A DNA stretch of 64,000 bases from Nageia nagi (lineage: Eukaryota > Plantae > Pinophyta): positions 184,636,001 through 184,700,000 of the forward strand of contig JBITNC010000001.1 of the NCBI GenBank assembly GCA_050084985.1. Direction: 5' to 3'. Made by a program: the position numbers and the translations under genes. The notes below the pieces were generated by a model, which ran no database searches, was not told the DNA's origin, and saw only the letters and a program-made list of their open reading frames with translations. Every line of letters starts with the position of its first letter. The stretch's first letter is position 1. Shown here piece by piece: positions 36,000 through 46,700 of this stretch.

Positions 36000-38220
36000 A
36001 AGAAAATGATAAAACTAGGTTTTGTTCTACCTATATTCCAAAGATACATTTGAATGGAGAACAACATAGGTTTTCTAGAAGTAAGGTCCATTTTGATGAG
36101 ATCAAGAGAACTATTAGGGTTAACCTTGATTTACATATGCAAGAGCTTGATCCTAATGATAGAATGGATACTGATGAGGGTAGTGATATTGCATCTACAA
36201 ATTCTAGCAAAAGAATGGATATTATTGGAAAAACTCCTAATAAAGTTAATATGTCTTTTATTGACCATGATTTTGATAATGTAAGTTTGGGAAGCCATAG
36301 TGATACTTCTGATAGTGATGATAAAATTAAATAATTAGATAGAATTCCTAGACATGTTATATCAGTAAAAGAATTGCTATCTAATAAGGAAAATTTGGAT
36401 TGTTATCTTACTAACAATGCTAAAGAGGTTATCAATATTATAACAAATTATGAGCTATTAGAAGTGAATTCTACAACTTCCTAATCCTTAGATAGTTTGT
36501 TTTCAATTCAAAATATAAGATCTATAAAATGGAGGGCTTTTATCATCAAGAAAAATACCATTAACGATGTAGACTTTGCGCACATTGCCAACAACATGGA
36601 AGCAAAGGATCTTGAGACTCCAAAATAGGTTATTGTTGAGGATGCTAATGAGTAGAATGAAGCATATTCTAAACTATCGGTAACTCATTCTAAAGGTCAT
36701 AATCTAAGTACAATTCTTGAGTGTTCTAATAGGGACAAAGGTAAGAGAATTATGGTTAATGATGAAAATGCAAAAGATGTTGCTCAACAAGTCTCATTTG
36801 TGATTAATAATGCTTATTTACATAATCCTACTTGGTTGAAAGAAGAGCATGGAATAAAAATTGAAGCTATTCTTGAAGCTCAAGAAACTAATTTATTTCA
36901 AAAGGCTAATAAGATGCAACAATTAGAGTTTATGTTATAATTTGTTGATAAACTTGAATATAAAAGAATACATAGGATTGCACCATTTGTGCCATTAAAA
37001 GAGGCTAAACTTTGAAATGATAAAGCAAATAAGTCAACATCTCAAAATAGCAATGCACTATCACAAACCCCACCACCAAACCTAAATATCAATATACTTA
37101 TAAGGAATACACCCATAGTGCAAAACCAAAAACCAAAATAGCCTCTAATATAGACCAATAATGGAAAAATAATGCAAGAAAGGGTTGAAAACTTAGAAAA
37201 GGATATGCATATGGATGATGAAGATGATTTCTTATGTTTTTTTAAAGCGTCCATTAAATGATAGAATTATTTCTAAATTATGTTGGTAAAAAGAGTGTGA
37301 AATTTATAAAATTTGATGGTTTACAAGATCCAAAAATGCATGTTAGAAAATTTCAAGAGGAAGCTATTAAATATTTTTATGACCAAGATATGCTTGCTAA
37401 ATTATTTTCAAGTAGCTTGAAAGATGATGCATTGAAATGATACTTTAGTCTTCTCAAAAAGAGTATTGATAAGTATGAGGATTTGATACATAAATTTTTT
37501 AAAAAATTTAGATATAATATCACAAAAAAAGTTCAATTCAAATATTTGTGCAAAATTAAGCAAGTGCCTAATCAATCTATATTTGATTTTGTGAAAGTAT
37601 GGAAATAAACTACTAATAAAATTTTTGTGTCTGAATAAGATTTAAAGAATAATTTTGCAAATGCTTTATTACCTATGTATAAATTAAGGGTTGTATCTAA
37701 TATTGGATTGAAAATAGCTGAAATGATAAACATTTTGCTTAAAAAAGAAAATTGTACCAAGCAAACTTATAAGCAACGTTATCCAAAAACTAAAATGTAT
37801 GAAAAGAAAGCTAAAAATCAAATGCATGAAAAGGAATATTAACCTCAAGTGCATGCTACAACTAATGTTGATCGAAAAAAGATTAGACCACAAAGGAAGT
37901 TTACTAAGAAAACTAATACTATTGATAATATTCTTTAAGTTTTATTAAATGAAGAGCTTATTTAGCTTCCACCTATGGTTTAACATCATATTCCTAATGG
38001 TGTTCCTAAAAATTATAGATATGAGGAATTTTGCAATTATCATAGGACACCAGGGCACCTAACAAAAAAATACAGGATCTTAAGAAATATCATTCAAGAT
38101 TTTATTAACAATAAAGTGATTCAGATGGATGATAATCATGTGGTAGAAGAAGGGCCTGTACATTTTGATAATGGATAGTTAGATATATTTACAAACCCTT
38201 TACCAAAGATAACTCAATAA
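36000..38220 (+). pseudogene. Tat/Ogre-type gag, decayed
   Basis: KFDGLQDPKMHVRKF..LAKLFSSSLKDDALK (retrotransposon gag) and EEFCNYHRTPGHLTKKYRILRNIIQDFI (decayed CxxH-type knuckle). No pol motifs recognised afterwards. Confidence 0.8.
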
Positions 38221-39188
38221 CTAAAAGGCTTCATTAGTTCAGTAAGTACTTCACATTGCATGAATTATTATTTACCTAATAAGTATGAATGTAGGGAATA
38301 TTAGAAGAAAGCAAATAAGATCTACTATGAAATAGGAATAAAACACAATGGTGAAGCTTACAGAAGGAACATTGTTAATGAAGTGCAATATTATTCACAT
38401 GCTATCAACGACATAAAATATATCACTAGAAAGGAACCTATTTTTGTACATGCATTTGCAAAATGTGTATGGGTTGCTAAAGCATCCCAAGTACACAAAT
38501 TTATTACTTAAATTGAAAATTGTAGTGTATCATTGGTAGGTTCTTTTTGCATCATCAAAGGGGTGTATTGCATTGTCTTATTGGTCATATCATGGTCTTA
38601 TCTATCATCTGGGTGGATTCTACTCAGGTCCCTCATACATTTTTCTTGCAAATTCTTTATAACCCACACTATTAACGATGTATGACTATTTTTGCACTGT
38701 TAGCAACATGCCTTTCCCATACTAGAATAAAAATAAATAGTATATTTTCTATCCTTAATAGCTATTTCAATGTTCTAAGGGCATGATGTTAGGTTTTGAG
38801 ATAGCTAAAACAAGAAAACTAATGCATGTTCAAAAGCATGTATGTCTTTCCAATAAGGGATCATATCTTAAATCCACTCATGAAGTTGAAGTAAGTAATG
38901 AAATTAGATATGAGTTATACATTGATATGAGTGTGTTCATTAGATTTATTATGTATTAGCATTCATTTCATAGGTTGGATTGGATTCTTATTTTGTGTTA
39001 CAAATGAAAATGTGAAGTGATATGCATGGTTTATTGTTTACAACTTTGAAACTTGTACTTTGAGATTCCAAATGCAAATTATGAAAGTACAACTATACAA
39101 GCAAGAAAATCATTCATTAAAAATAAACAAAGTAACAAAATGGAATATACATTCAAAAATGTACATAAAATTGGGATCCAAAAGAATC

Positions 39189-39211
39189 ATATATATATAT
39201 ATATATATATA
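39189..39211. repeat. (AT)n microsatellite
   Basis: Uninterrupted AT run. Confidence 0.9.
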
Positions 39212-41727
39212 GGGGATGGAACCATGTCTCAAAATACAACCTAGTGGGATGCATTACTACCACTAATCCTAGTATCTCTAGGCCTATAAACTCTATTAGA
39301 GTTGCTACTCTATCTAGAAATGGACATCCCACTCAAAACCTCACTAGAGCTAATCCCATAAGAGGCGAATATATCCTTGGCTCTCTCATATTTCCTACTA
39401 AGTATAATAATATCTTTGTCTCTTCTCGATTTTATCCATAAGTTGCTTGATAAAAGCCCATTGCTCATTAGGTGGAGGCATATCCATCCTCTCCTGCAAC
39501 CTCTTCATGGACTGATCCATGGATGCTACTTGTGCATCCCTAACCATAAGTGTGGACTCAAGAGTGGATAGTTGTGATTCCAAGTTAGAAACCCTAGCCT
39601 CAAAAGGCTTTAGCCTCTCAATGTGTGCCTCTAAGGTAGTAATATGAGTAACTATCTCTCTTGTAGAACACATAGAGATCATATGTTAGTTTGTTTTCTA
39701 TAAACATATTAATAAAAAGTTAAAAAATTATAAACCTAAAAGTATGTGATAGAGTTTTACTTACTAAGATAAGTGGTACAGTCTCAACAAAGGCCTCTAG
39801 TCTTGGAGTTGGTACAAATGATTATCTCTATATTAGTGTATCATGCATGGAGTTATCAATATTCTACTCTTCCTCATTAGAATATTCCTTTGAGGTAGAG
39901 AAAAAATCATCCCCTCATCCTCATCCTCATATATGCCTAATGGGGTTGGTTGATCTATCTCCCATCATGTCATATAACCCCTCACCATACCCAAGGCCAT
40001 GGAAGTGGGCTCAATGGGGTCCAAGGTTTGAGGCTCCTCCCTTATAGTCTTCCATGCAAGCATGATTTGTGTCCCTGGTGGGGTGTCTCTCTTGGCTTTC
40101 TACCAGATATAGTAAATTGGGGTAGGTGGAATGCCCTATCAAATCCTAAACTTTCTAAGTACTTGTTATGGCAAGTATTGCTCTATGAACTTCCTTATCC
40201 TATTAAGAAAGTAGGGTTGTATAACCCACACAAGCTAGTGGGCTTCCTCCTCCCACACATAGCTTGCAAAGGATACCCACACTAGGTCCTTTTAATAGAA
40301 TTTATCGATCTCCTATCTCCTTGCCTCTAGGGTGTGTGGGTACATATTGTGAGAGGGTGACCTCTCATGACCTAGGGTGTGAGTGGTTCTAGAGAAAAAC
40401 CTCTAATACATGAGGATACATTCCAAACCTAACTACTATGTAGAAGAATCATGGAAAACTTTGTGAGAGAGAGTCCATTTTGGTGGTTGTACTAATGAGA
40501 TAGTTAGGGTGAATAAAGCTCAAGGGGACCTTAGGGGTGATTCCCATATGAAGGTCCTTGGTTGGGAGGTGAGTAGAGTTCCCATTGGGTTCTCATGTGT
40601 GGTGCTTGATGATGTGAATCTTGGAGCCTGAGAGGCCAGGATGAGCCATAAAGGCCATGGCCTTTGGTAGTGTGTGACTATGGAATTAATGGATGTTGGA
40701 TAAGTCTTAGCCTAGGTAGGCCATTGAGGGTCTATACATGAGTTATCGCATGGTACCAAGCTTGGGTCATGTCCTCAAGGGTGGCTCAATCTGGTACTAT
40801 GATAGATGGTATTAGAGCACTTCTAAGGGTTTGGGTATAAGATGATACCAAAAATTGAATGCACTGTGCTAATGTGACCCACATGAGGCATGTGTATATC
40901 AGGTGATGGTTTCTCTCCCTTGACTTTGCTTAAGGAAGTAGGTTGAGAGTGTGCACTATGCCAGTTGGCCTATGCTGAGATGCATTATGACCTACCATGG
41001 TCGCATCTTACCATTTGGGTTGTGTACATGTGGAGGCATGTTGCACCTTCCCATGGTGGTACTCTATATGAGCCCATATAAAATTGAAAAGTGTTCATGT
41101 TGGGGTGTGATTCATCAATAAAGGTAGCACCTCACCATTTGTGGATTTCAACTTGGAACTTCATTTCTCAGACCTTAATTTTAGGTAGATGGGACTTGGA
41201 GTGTTTGCTTAAGGTCGCTCAGGTGGAGCTGATGTATGAGGCTGATGGGCATGCATGTGATTCCCCATAGGACATGTTGGAGTGTTGAACATTATATGGA
41301 GGCCATGCTCTACCTTTCTTATGCTCCATTAAGGAGTGGAACTTATAGTTATAAATGTTTTTCCTTTATTTTTTATTGGAACCATGCCATGGATTCTAAG
41401 CTCTCCAAGGAACATCCTGTAAAAACACACATACGTGCATTATTATAATACCAAGCCCAATAAGGAAATATTAAAAGAACTGCAATGCCGTTAGGGGTAG
41501 GGTGTGTACCAAAGTCAAGGAGTTGCCTAAGGAAGCAGCATGGGTGCATCTTGTATTTCATAATATGTAGCAATGCATCCCTCCTAGAGACCCATAAAAA
41601 CACTATAGAGAGTCAGTTGGGTGGGGGAATTATGTGTGCACTTTATGCCTATGTTGTTGATGCCTACTTGTGTATGCATGTGCTCTTTATTATGCTCAAC
41701 TTACTTTCCTTAGTAAATCTTAATATT

Positions 41728-42156
41728 TATGTCGAATGCTGATCGAACCTCATCATTAGATGTAGGTAGAAATTGGAAAGCTTGACTTGGATTAAGGTTT
41801 ATGCTAAATGTTGATCAGAACTCATCATTTGATGTAGGTAGAACTTGGAAAGCTTTACTTGGGTTGAGGTTTATGCCAAATGCTGATCGTACCTCATCAT
41901 TAGATGCAAGTAGAACTTAGAAAGCTTGACTTGAACTAAGGCCTATGCCAAATGTTGATTAGACCTCATCATTAGATGTAGGTATAACTTGGACAACTTG
42001 AATTAAATTGAGGCCTATGCCAAATGCTGATCAAATCTCATGATTGGATGTAGGTAGAACTTGGAAAGCTTGACTTGAACTAAGGCCTATGCCAAATGTT
42101 GATCAAACCTCATCATTGGATGTAGGTAGAACTTGGGAAGCTTGATTTGAATTACC
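41728..42156 (+). repeat. Tandem array, 6 x 72 bp, in the leader of the Galadriel-like element
   Basis: Unit tatgccaaatg(c/t)tgatc..cctcatcattagatgtaggtagaacttggaaagcttgacttg.. starting at 41728, 41800, 41872, 41944, 42016 and 42088. Confidence 0.9.
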
Positions 42157-42476
42157 TATGCTAGCTGGGAATCATGGTTCAATATCCTTAAGAGGAGTGT
42201 ACTTTGTGTATTTATGGGATAGAGATACCAAAATGTCATCTAAGGTTCCTCAAGTGGGTGAACAAGGTGTGGAACCTATAGTGGGGGCCCAAGAGAAAGT
42301 GCCAACTATGGAGCAAGGTATTCAATGTGGTGAAATAGCTCAAGGCCCCATAATGTGACCACCTACAATGTTGATCATCTCTCAACAGCATAAGAAGTGA
42401 TTGGTTCATTTCCATAGGATAGTAGATGGTGAGATGAAAAAGGAATTAGCTTTATTGAAGAAAGACCAACCAACCC

Positions 42477-45400
42477 TGATGCATGCGTTGCCGGGGCCGT
42501 AACTTTTGATCCGGAGGTCGTTTTGCTTCGAAATTTAAACTGTGGCTTCGTGACGAAATTCCAGTTATGGGAGTTCGCTAGAACTGCCATACCCAAAAAA
42601 TGATATTTTTAAGGCCTGATTCATCCGTCTAAGGCCTGAAAAATAGGCTTTTTTTAGAGCACTCCTGATTTTTAGGCTTTTTTTGCATGTTGCGCCTTTA
42701 GTAACTCTTGTTTTTCGTCTAGTTAAGGGTGGATATTTTAGATACTGCTTAATTAGTGTAAGAGGGATGCGCATGCAAATTTTGGGCGCAATCCGACTCA
42801 TTCTGGTTTTTTTGTTTTTTTTTGTGGCTATTTAAAGGGCATTGTATTCTCTTGGAGAGCATGTGGGTTCAGGAATAAGAAGAGTGTTTTTGGTCTGAAT
42901 TTCTTCTGTATGTTCTGTGACTGGAATTCAATTTCTGTTTTCCTGTTATAGCTGAATTCACATCATTTGGTATCAGAGCGGGTGTGATCTCGCTGGGAAA
43001 ATTGAAGAAGATGCCACCTAGGAGAGGAGGCAGAGCACCTAGAGGTGCCTATACTCAAATGAGTAGGCAGATCGAGGATCTGCAAGCCCAAATAACGCGA
43101 CTAACTGGTGCAATTGAGCGCATGGCAGAGAGAAATATGAATACCCATCCAGATCCAAGATTTGATGGTGAAAGTACAATTGATGAAGTTGGATCTGAGG
43201 TTCAGACGGATGCAGAACAAGAAGACCTAATGGGAGATGGTCAACGTTTTGAGAATCGGTTGATACGGGCTCTAGAAGGGCTTCAAAGAAATAGTGCCGG
43301 GATCAAAATTGAGATTCCTGAGTATGCTGGTGGATTAAAACCAGAGGAGTTGATCGATTGGATCAATAGCCTAGAAAAATATTTTGAATGGAGTAACCTT
43401 GCTGAAGAAAAGAAGGTAAAGCTTGCATGCACGAAGTTGAAGGGACATGCATTAATTTGGTGGGATCACCTACAGAATACACGGCAAAGGGATGGCAAGG
43501 ATAAGATCAGAGATTGGGCTAAAATGAAGAAGAAGCTAAAAGGGAAATTTATACCTGTAGACTACTCCCAGACCCTATTTCGCCAATTCCAAAATTTGCG
43601 ACAAAAGGAACGAAGCATTGAGGACTACACCAATGACTTTTATAAGCTTTCCATTCGAATAGAACCAAATGAAACAGAGGAGCAAAAGGCTGCAAGATAT
43701 GTAAATGGTCTGAACTTTGTTATTCAAGATGAAATTAACATGCATCGCACTCCTACTGTGGAGGATGCATATCAAATAGCCCTCAAGGCTGAGGAAAAAT
43801 TGAGAAGGACCAATCGAGGAGGAAAGAAGGGACTCACACCTTCGAATCGGGGACGAGGAGGATCTAATTTCTCCAAGGGAGAATCCTCCGTACCCACTAA
43901 ACAAGAAGAGGCAAACCAAAGTCAGAGAGGAAGAGGTAATGGAGGGGGTCGATCTACTACTGGCACACGGAAACCATTCATATGTTATAGATGTCATGAA
44001 GAAGGTCACAAGGCATCTGAATGTCCCACATATGATGCTGAAGAGAGGGGAAATGCTAGGGTTGCTCTAGTTGAAGAAGAAGAAGAAGAGGAGGTTGAAA
44101 CAGAAGTTTCTGCAGATATGGGTGAGAACCTGATGATAAGAAGAAACCTGATTGTTCCAAGGGAGGAGAACATGCAAGCTGAGGATAGTGGTAATTGTTG
44201 GTTACGTACCAATATCTTTCATACAAGATGCACAACAGGAGGAAAGGTATGTAACATGGTAATTGATGGTGGTAGTTGTGAAAACATGGTTTCTACTGTA
44301 ATGGTTGATAAGTTGAAACTCAAATGTCAGAAGCACCCATGTCCATATCGTGTTTCATGGATCAAGAAGGGAAATGAGGTAACTATTGATAAGAGGTGTC
44401 TAGTAAAGTTTTCCATTGGGGATACTTATAAAGATGAGGTATGGTGTGATGTAATTCCCATGGATGCATGTCATATATTATTGGGGAGACCATGGCAGTT
44501 TGACAGGAAGACTCATCATGATGGAAGTAAGAACACTTACACATTTTGGAAAGATGGTGTAAAGGTGGTTCTTTTACCCCTTAAGGAAGACGCCCAAGGA
44601 CAAAGCCTTTTGACTGCAAAAAGATTTCTCACAGGAGCACGTGAAGTTGGTTGGTGTTATGCATTACCTGCACCAAAGGTGGAAACAAGGGAGGAGGTTC
44701 GGGCACAATTGCAAGAGAATAATAGTAAGCATAAAGCAGTAGCAGATACACATAGGCGAGAAAAGATTTTTCAGGAGGGCGACTTAGTGATGGTCCGCCT
44801 TCGTCAGGAGAGGTTTCCCAAAGGCACCTATAATAAGTTGAAGCTGCAGAAGATTGGTCCATGTAGGATTCTGGAGAAAAGGATCACCAATGCATATAAG
44901 GCTACAACTCCGATACAATGGGAGCAACAAGTTCCTAAGAAAAAGAAGGAGCGCATTACACAGATTCTTGATCGGGCAGTGTTCAACACTCGACATGGGA
45001 GCTATACCAAGTACCTGGTACAATGGGAAGGGCTATCACCAGCAGATAATACATGGGTTTCAGAGGGGGTAGTAAAGAGGATTGCTACTGATAAACTTCA
45101 GGCATTCAACAGCAGAACTCGCAGGAGCAGAGTTCCTTTTAACCAGAGGAGAATGATGCATGCGTTGCCGGGGCCGTAACTTTTGATCCGGAGGTCGTTT
45201 TGCTTCGAAATTTAAACTGTGGCTTCGTGACGAAATTCCAGTTATGGGAGTTCGCTAGAACTGCCATACCCAAAAAATGATATTTTTAAGGCCTGATTCA
45301 TCCGTCTAAGGCCTGAAAAATAGGCTTTTTTTAGAGCACTCCTGATTTTTAAGCTTTTTTTGCATGTTGCGCCTTTAGTAACTCTTGTTTTTCATCTAGT

Positions 45401-45641
45401 TAAGGGTGGATATTTTAGATACTGCTTAATTAGTGTAAGAGGGATGCGCATGCAAATTTTGGGCGCAATCCGACTCATTCTGGTTTTTTGTTTTTTTTTG
45501 TGGCTATTTAAAGGGCATTGTATTCTCTTGGAGAGCATGTGGGTTCAGGAATAAGAAGAGTGTTTTTGGTCTGAATTTCTTCTGTATGTTCTGTGACTGG
45601 AATTCAATTTCTGTTTTCCTGTTATAGCTGAATTCACATCA
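42477..45641 (+). mobile_element. Very young non-autonomous CRM-like chromovirus LTR element (3165 bp)
   Basis: LTRs 42477-42965 and 45154-45641 (TGATG..CATCA) differ by 2 substitutions and 1 indel by eye; perfect PBS tggtatcagagc 42968-42979; PPT agaggagaa; perfect TSD AACCC. Confidence 0.95.
43011..45179 (+). CDS. Intact Gag - zinc knuckle - aspartic protease - integrase C-terminal tail - chromodomain fusion (722 aa), lacking RT, RNase H and integrase core
   Basis: MPPRR start; gag (LKGHALIWWD, QFQNLRQKERSIEDY); CYRCHEEGHKASEC; VIDGGSCENMVS..CHILLGRPWQFD; then directly FQEGDLVMVRLRQERFP..KIGPCRILEK and chromodomain ITQILD..KYLVQWEGLSPADNTWVSE; frame runs into the 3' LTR. Confidence 0.9.
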   Translation: MPPRRGGRAPRGAYTQMSRQIEDLQAQITRLTGAIERMAERNMNTHPDPRFDGESTIDEVGSEVQTDAEQEDLMGDGQRFENRLIRALEGLQRNSAGIKIEIPEYAGGLKPEELIDWINSLEKYFEWSNLAEEKKVKLACTKLKGHALIWWDHLQNTRQRDGKDKIRDWAKMKKKLKGKFIPVDYSQTLFRQFQNLRQKERSIEDYTNDFYKLSIRIEPNETEEQKAARYVNGLNFVIQDEINMHRTPTVEDAYQIALKAEEKLRRTNRGGKKGLTPSNRGRGGSNFSKGESSVPTKQEEANQSQRGRGNGGGRSTTGTRKPFICYRCHEEGHKASECPTYDAEERGNARVALVEEEEEEEVETEVSADMGENLMIRRNLIVPREENMQAEDSGNCWLRTNIFHTRCTTGGKVCNMVIDGGSCENMVSTVMVDKLKLKCQKHPCPYRVSWIKKGNEVTIDKRCLVKFSIGDTYKDEVWCDVIPMDACHILLGRPWQFDRKTHHDGSKNTYTFWKDGVKVVLLPLKEDAQGQSLLTAKRFLTGAREVGWCYALPAPKVETREEVRAQLQENNSKHKAVADTHRREKIFQEGDLVMVRLRQERFPKGTYNKLKLQKIGPCRILEKRITNAYKATTPIQWEQQVPKKKKERITQILDRAVFNTRHGSYTKYLVQWEGLSPADNTWVSEGVVKRIATDKLQAFNSRTRRSRVPFNQRRMMHALPGP

Positions 45642-45646
45642 AACCC

Positions 45647-46700
45647 CGAGTGTGCATTATGCCAACCTTCAAACCCAGGTTCTCAATCTTGAGGAAGAGA
45701 GCGGGTATTGGTATGATATGATAGAGTTATTGTTGAGAGAAAATAAGGAATTATCTACTCAAATATTTGATCTAGAAGGGGATATTTTTAGGGTGAACCA
45801 AGCTATGAAGATATTGCTTGAAGATGCAAGTGTTTGGAAAACATTTTATGCTTCTATAGGGCAAGCATCTGTTGGTGGGGGTAAAGAGCCCAAACCAAAG
45901 GAACTAGGGATGTTTGCAGGGGAAAGAGATGAGAAAGTGTTAGAGAACTTCATCTGGGAAGTGAATTACTACTTAGAATCAATCCCTCCTCAAGGCGAGG
46001 AAGACTAGGTGAAGATGGTCATGCACTTCTTTGAAGATGAAGCCATGCTGTGGTGGCACACCAGGGAAAGTAAAATCAAAGCAGGGTTCAATGAGATCCC
46101 ATGTGAGAATTGGGAGAAACTCAAAGAACTATTGAGAGAGAGGTTCTGACCCAAGAATACTACCATGGTGGCCCATCAAAAGTTGATTGAGTTAAAGTAG
46201 ACAAGTCTATCAAGGAGTACATAGTGGCTTATCATATGTTGATGTTGGAGATTCCTAAGATGGAGCCAGAAGATAGATTATGGCATTTCATGCAAGAGTT
46301 AAAACATTGGGCTCATAGGGAGCTTGATCGCAAGGATGTTGAAATATTGGAATAGGCTATCCTAGTGGTAGATAAGCTATTAGAGTATCCTGAAGGACAT
46401 TTTAGTGAGGATGATCAGGAAGACGCTCACAATGAAGTAGATCTATTTGGTTAATCTTCAAAGATATCATCTTCTTTAAGCAAGGGAGAAGACACATATG
46501 AGCCTGTTGAGAGTAGTGACATGGAGTATAAGGAGTAAGATCAAAGGAAGAGAGGATTTTGAGGGAAAGAGTCTCAACACTCAAGAAAGCAAAAGAGGGT
46601 GAGGTTTTCCAATCAGGTGAGATGGTGCTATGTGTGTGGTGAAGAAGATCACATCGCTAGGATGTACCCTTGTAGGAAGCAGAGGATAGAAGGTGTGTGA
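45647..46700 (+). pseudogene. Galadriel-like gag (3' part; 5' part at ~42230-42476)
   Basis: Gag motifs EAMLWWHTRE, WEKLKELLRERF, EDRLWHFMQELK, terminal zinc knuckle; internal stops. Confidence 0.8.

Noticed and set aside
38770-38800. PPT-like aaggggcatga followed by TG, suggesting another LTR start
   Set aside because: No matching second LTR or TSD found in the window.
40820-41700. Possible shuffled integrase remnants upstream of gag
   Set aside because: Only short, weak motif resemblances; no consistent frame.
41728-42156. Possible CRISPR-like array
   Set aside because: Contiguous repeats without unique spacers, inside a plant retrotransposon, no cas genes.
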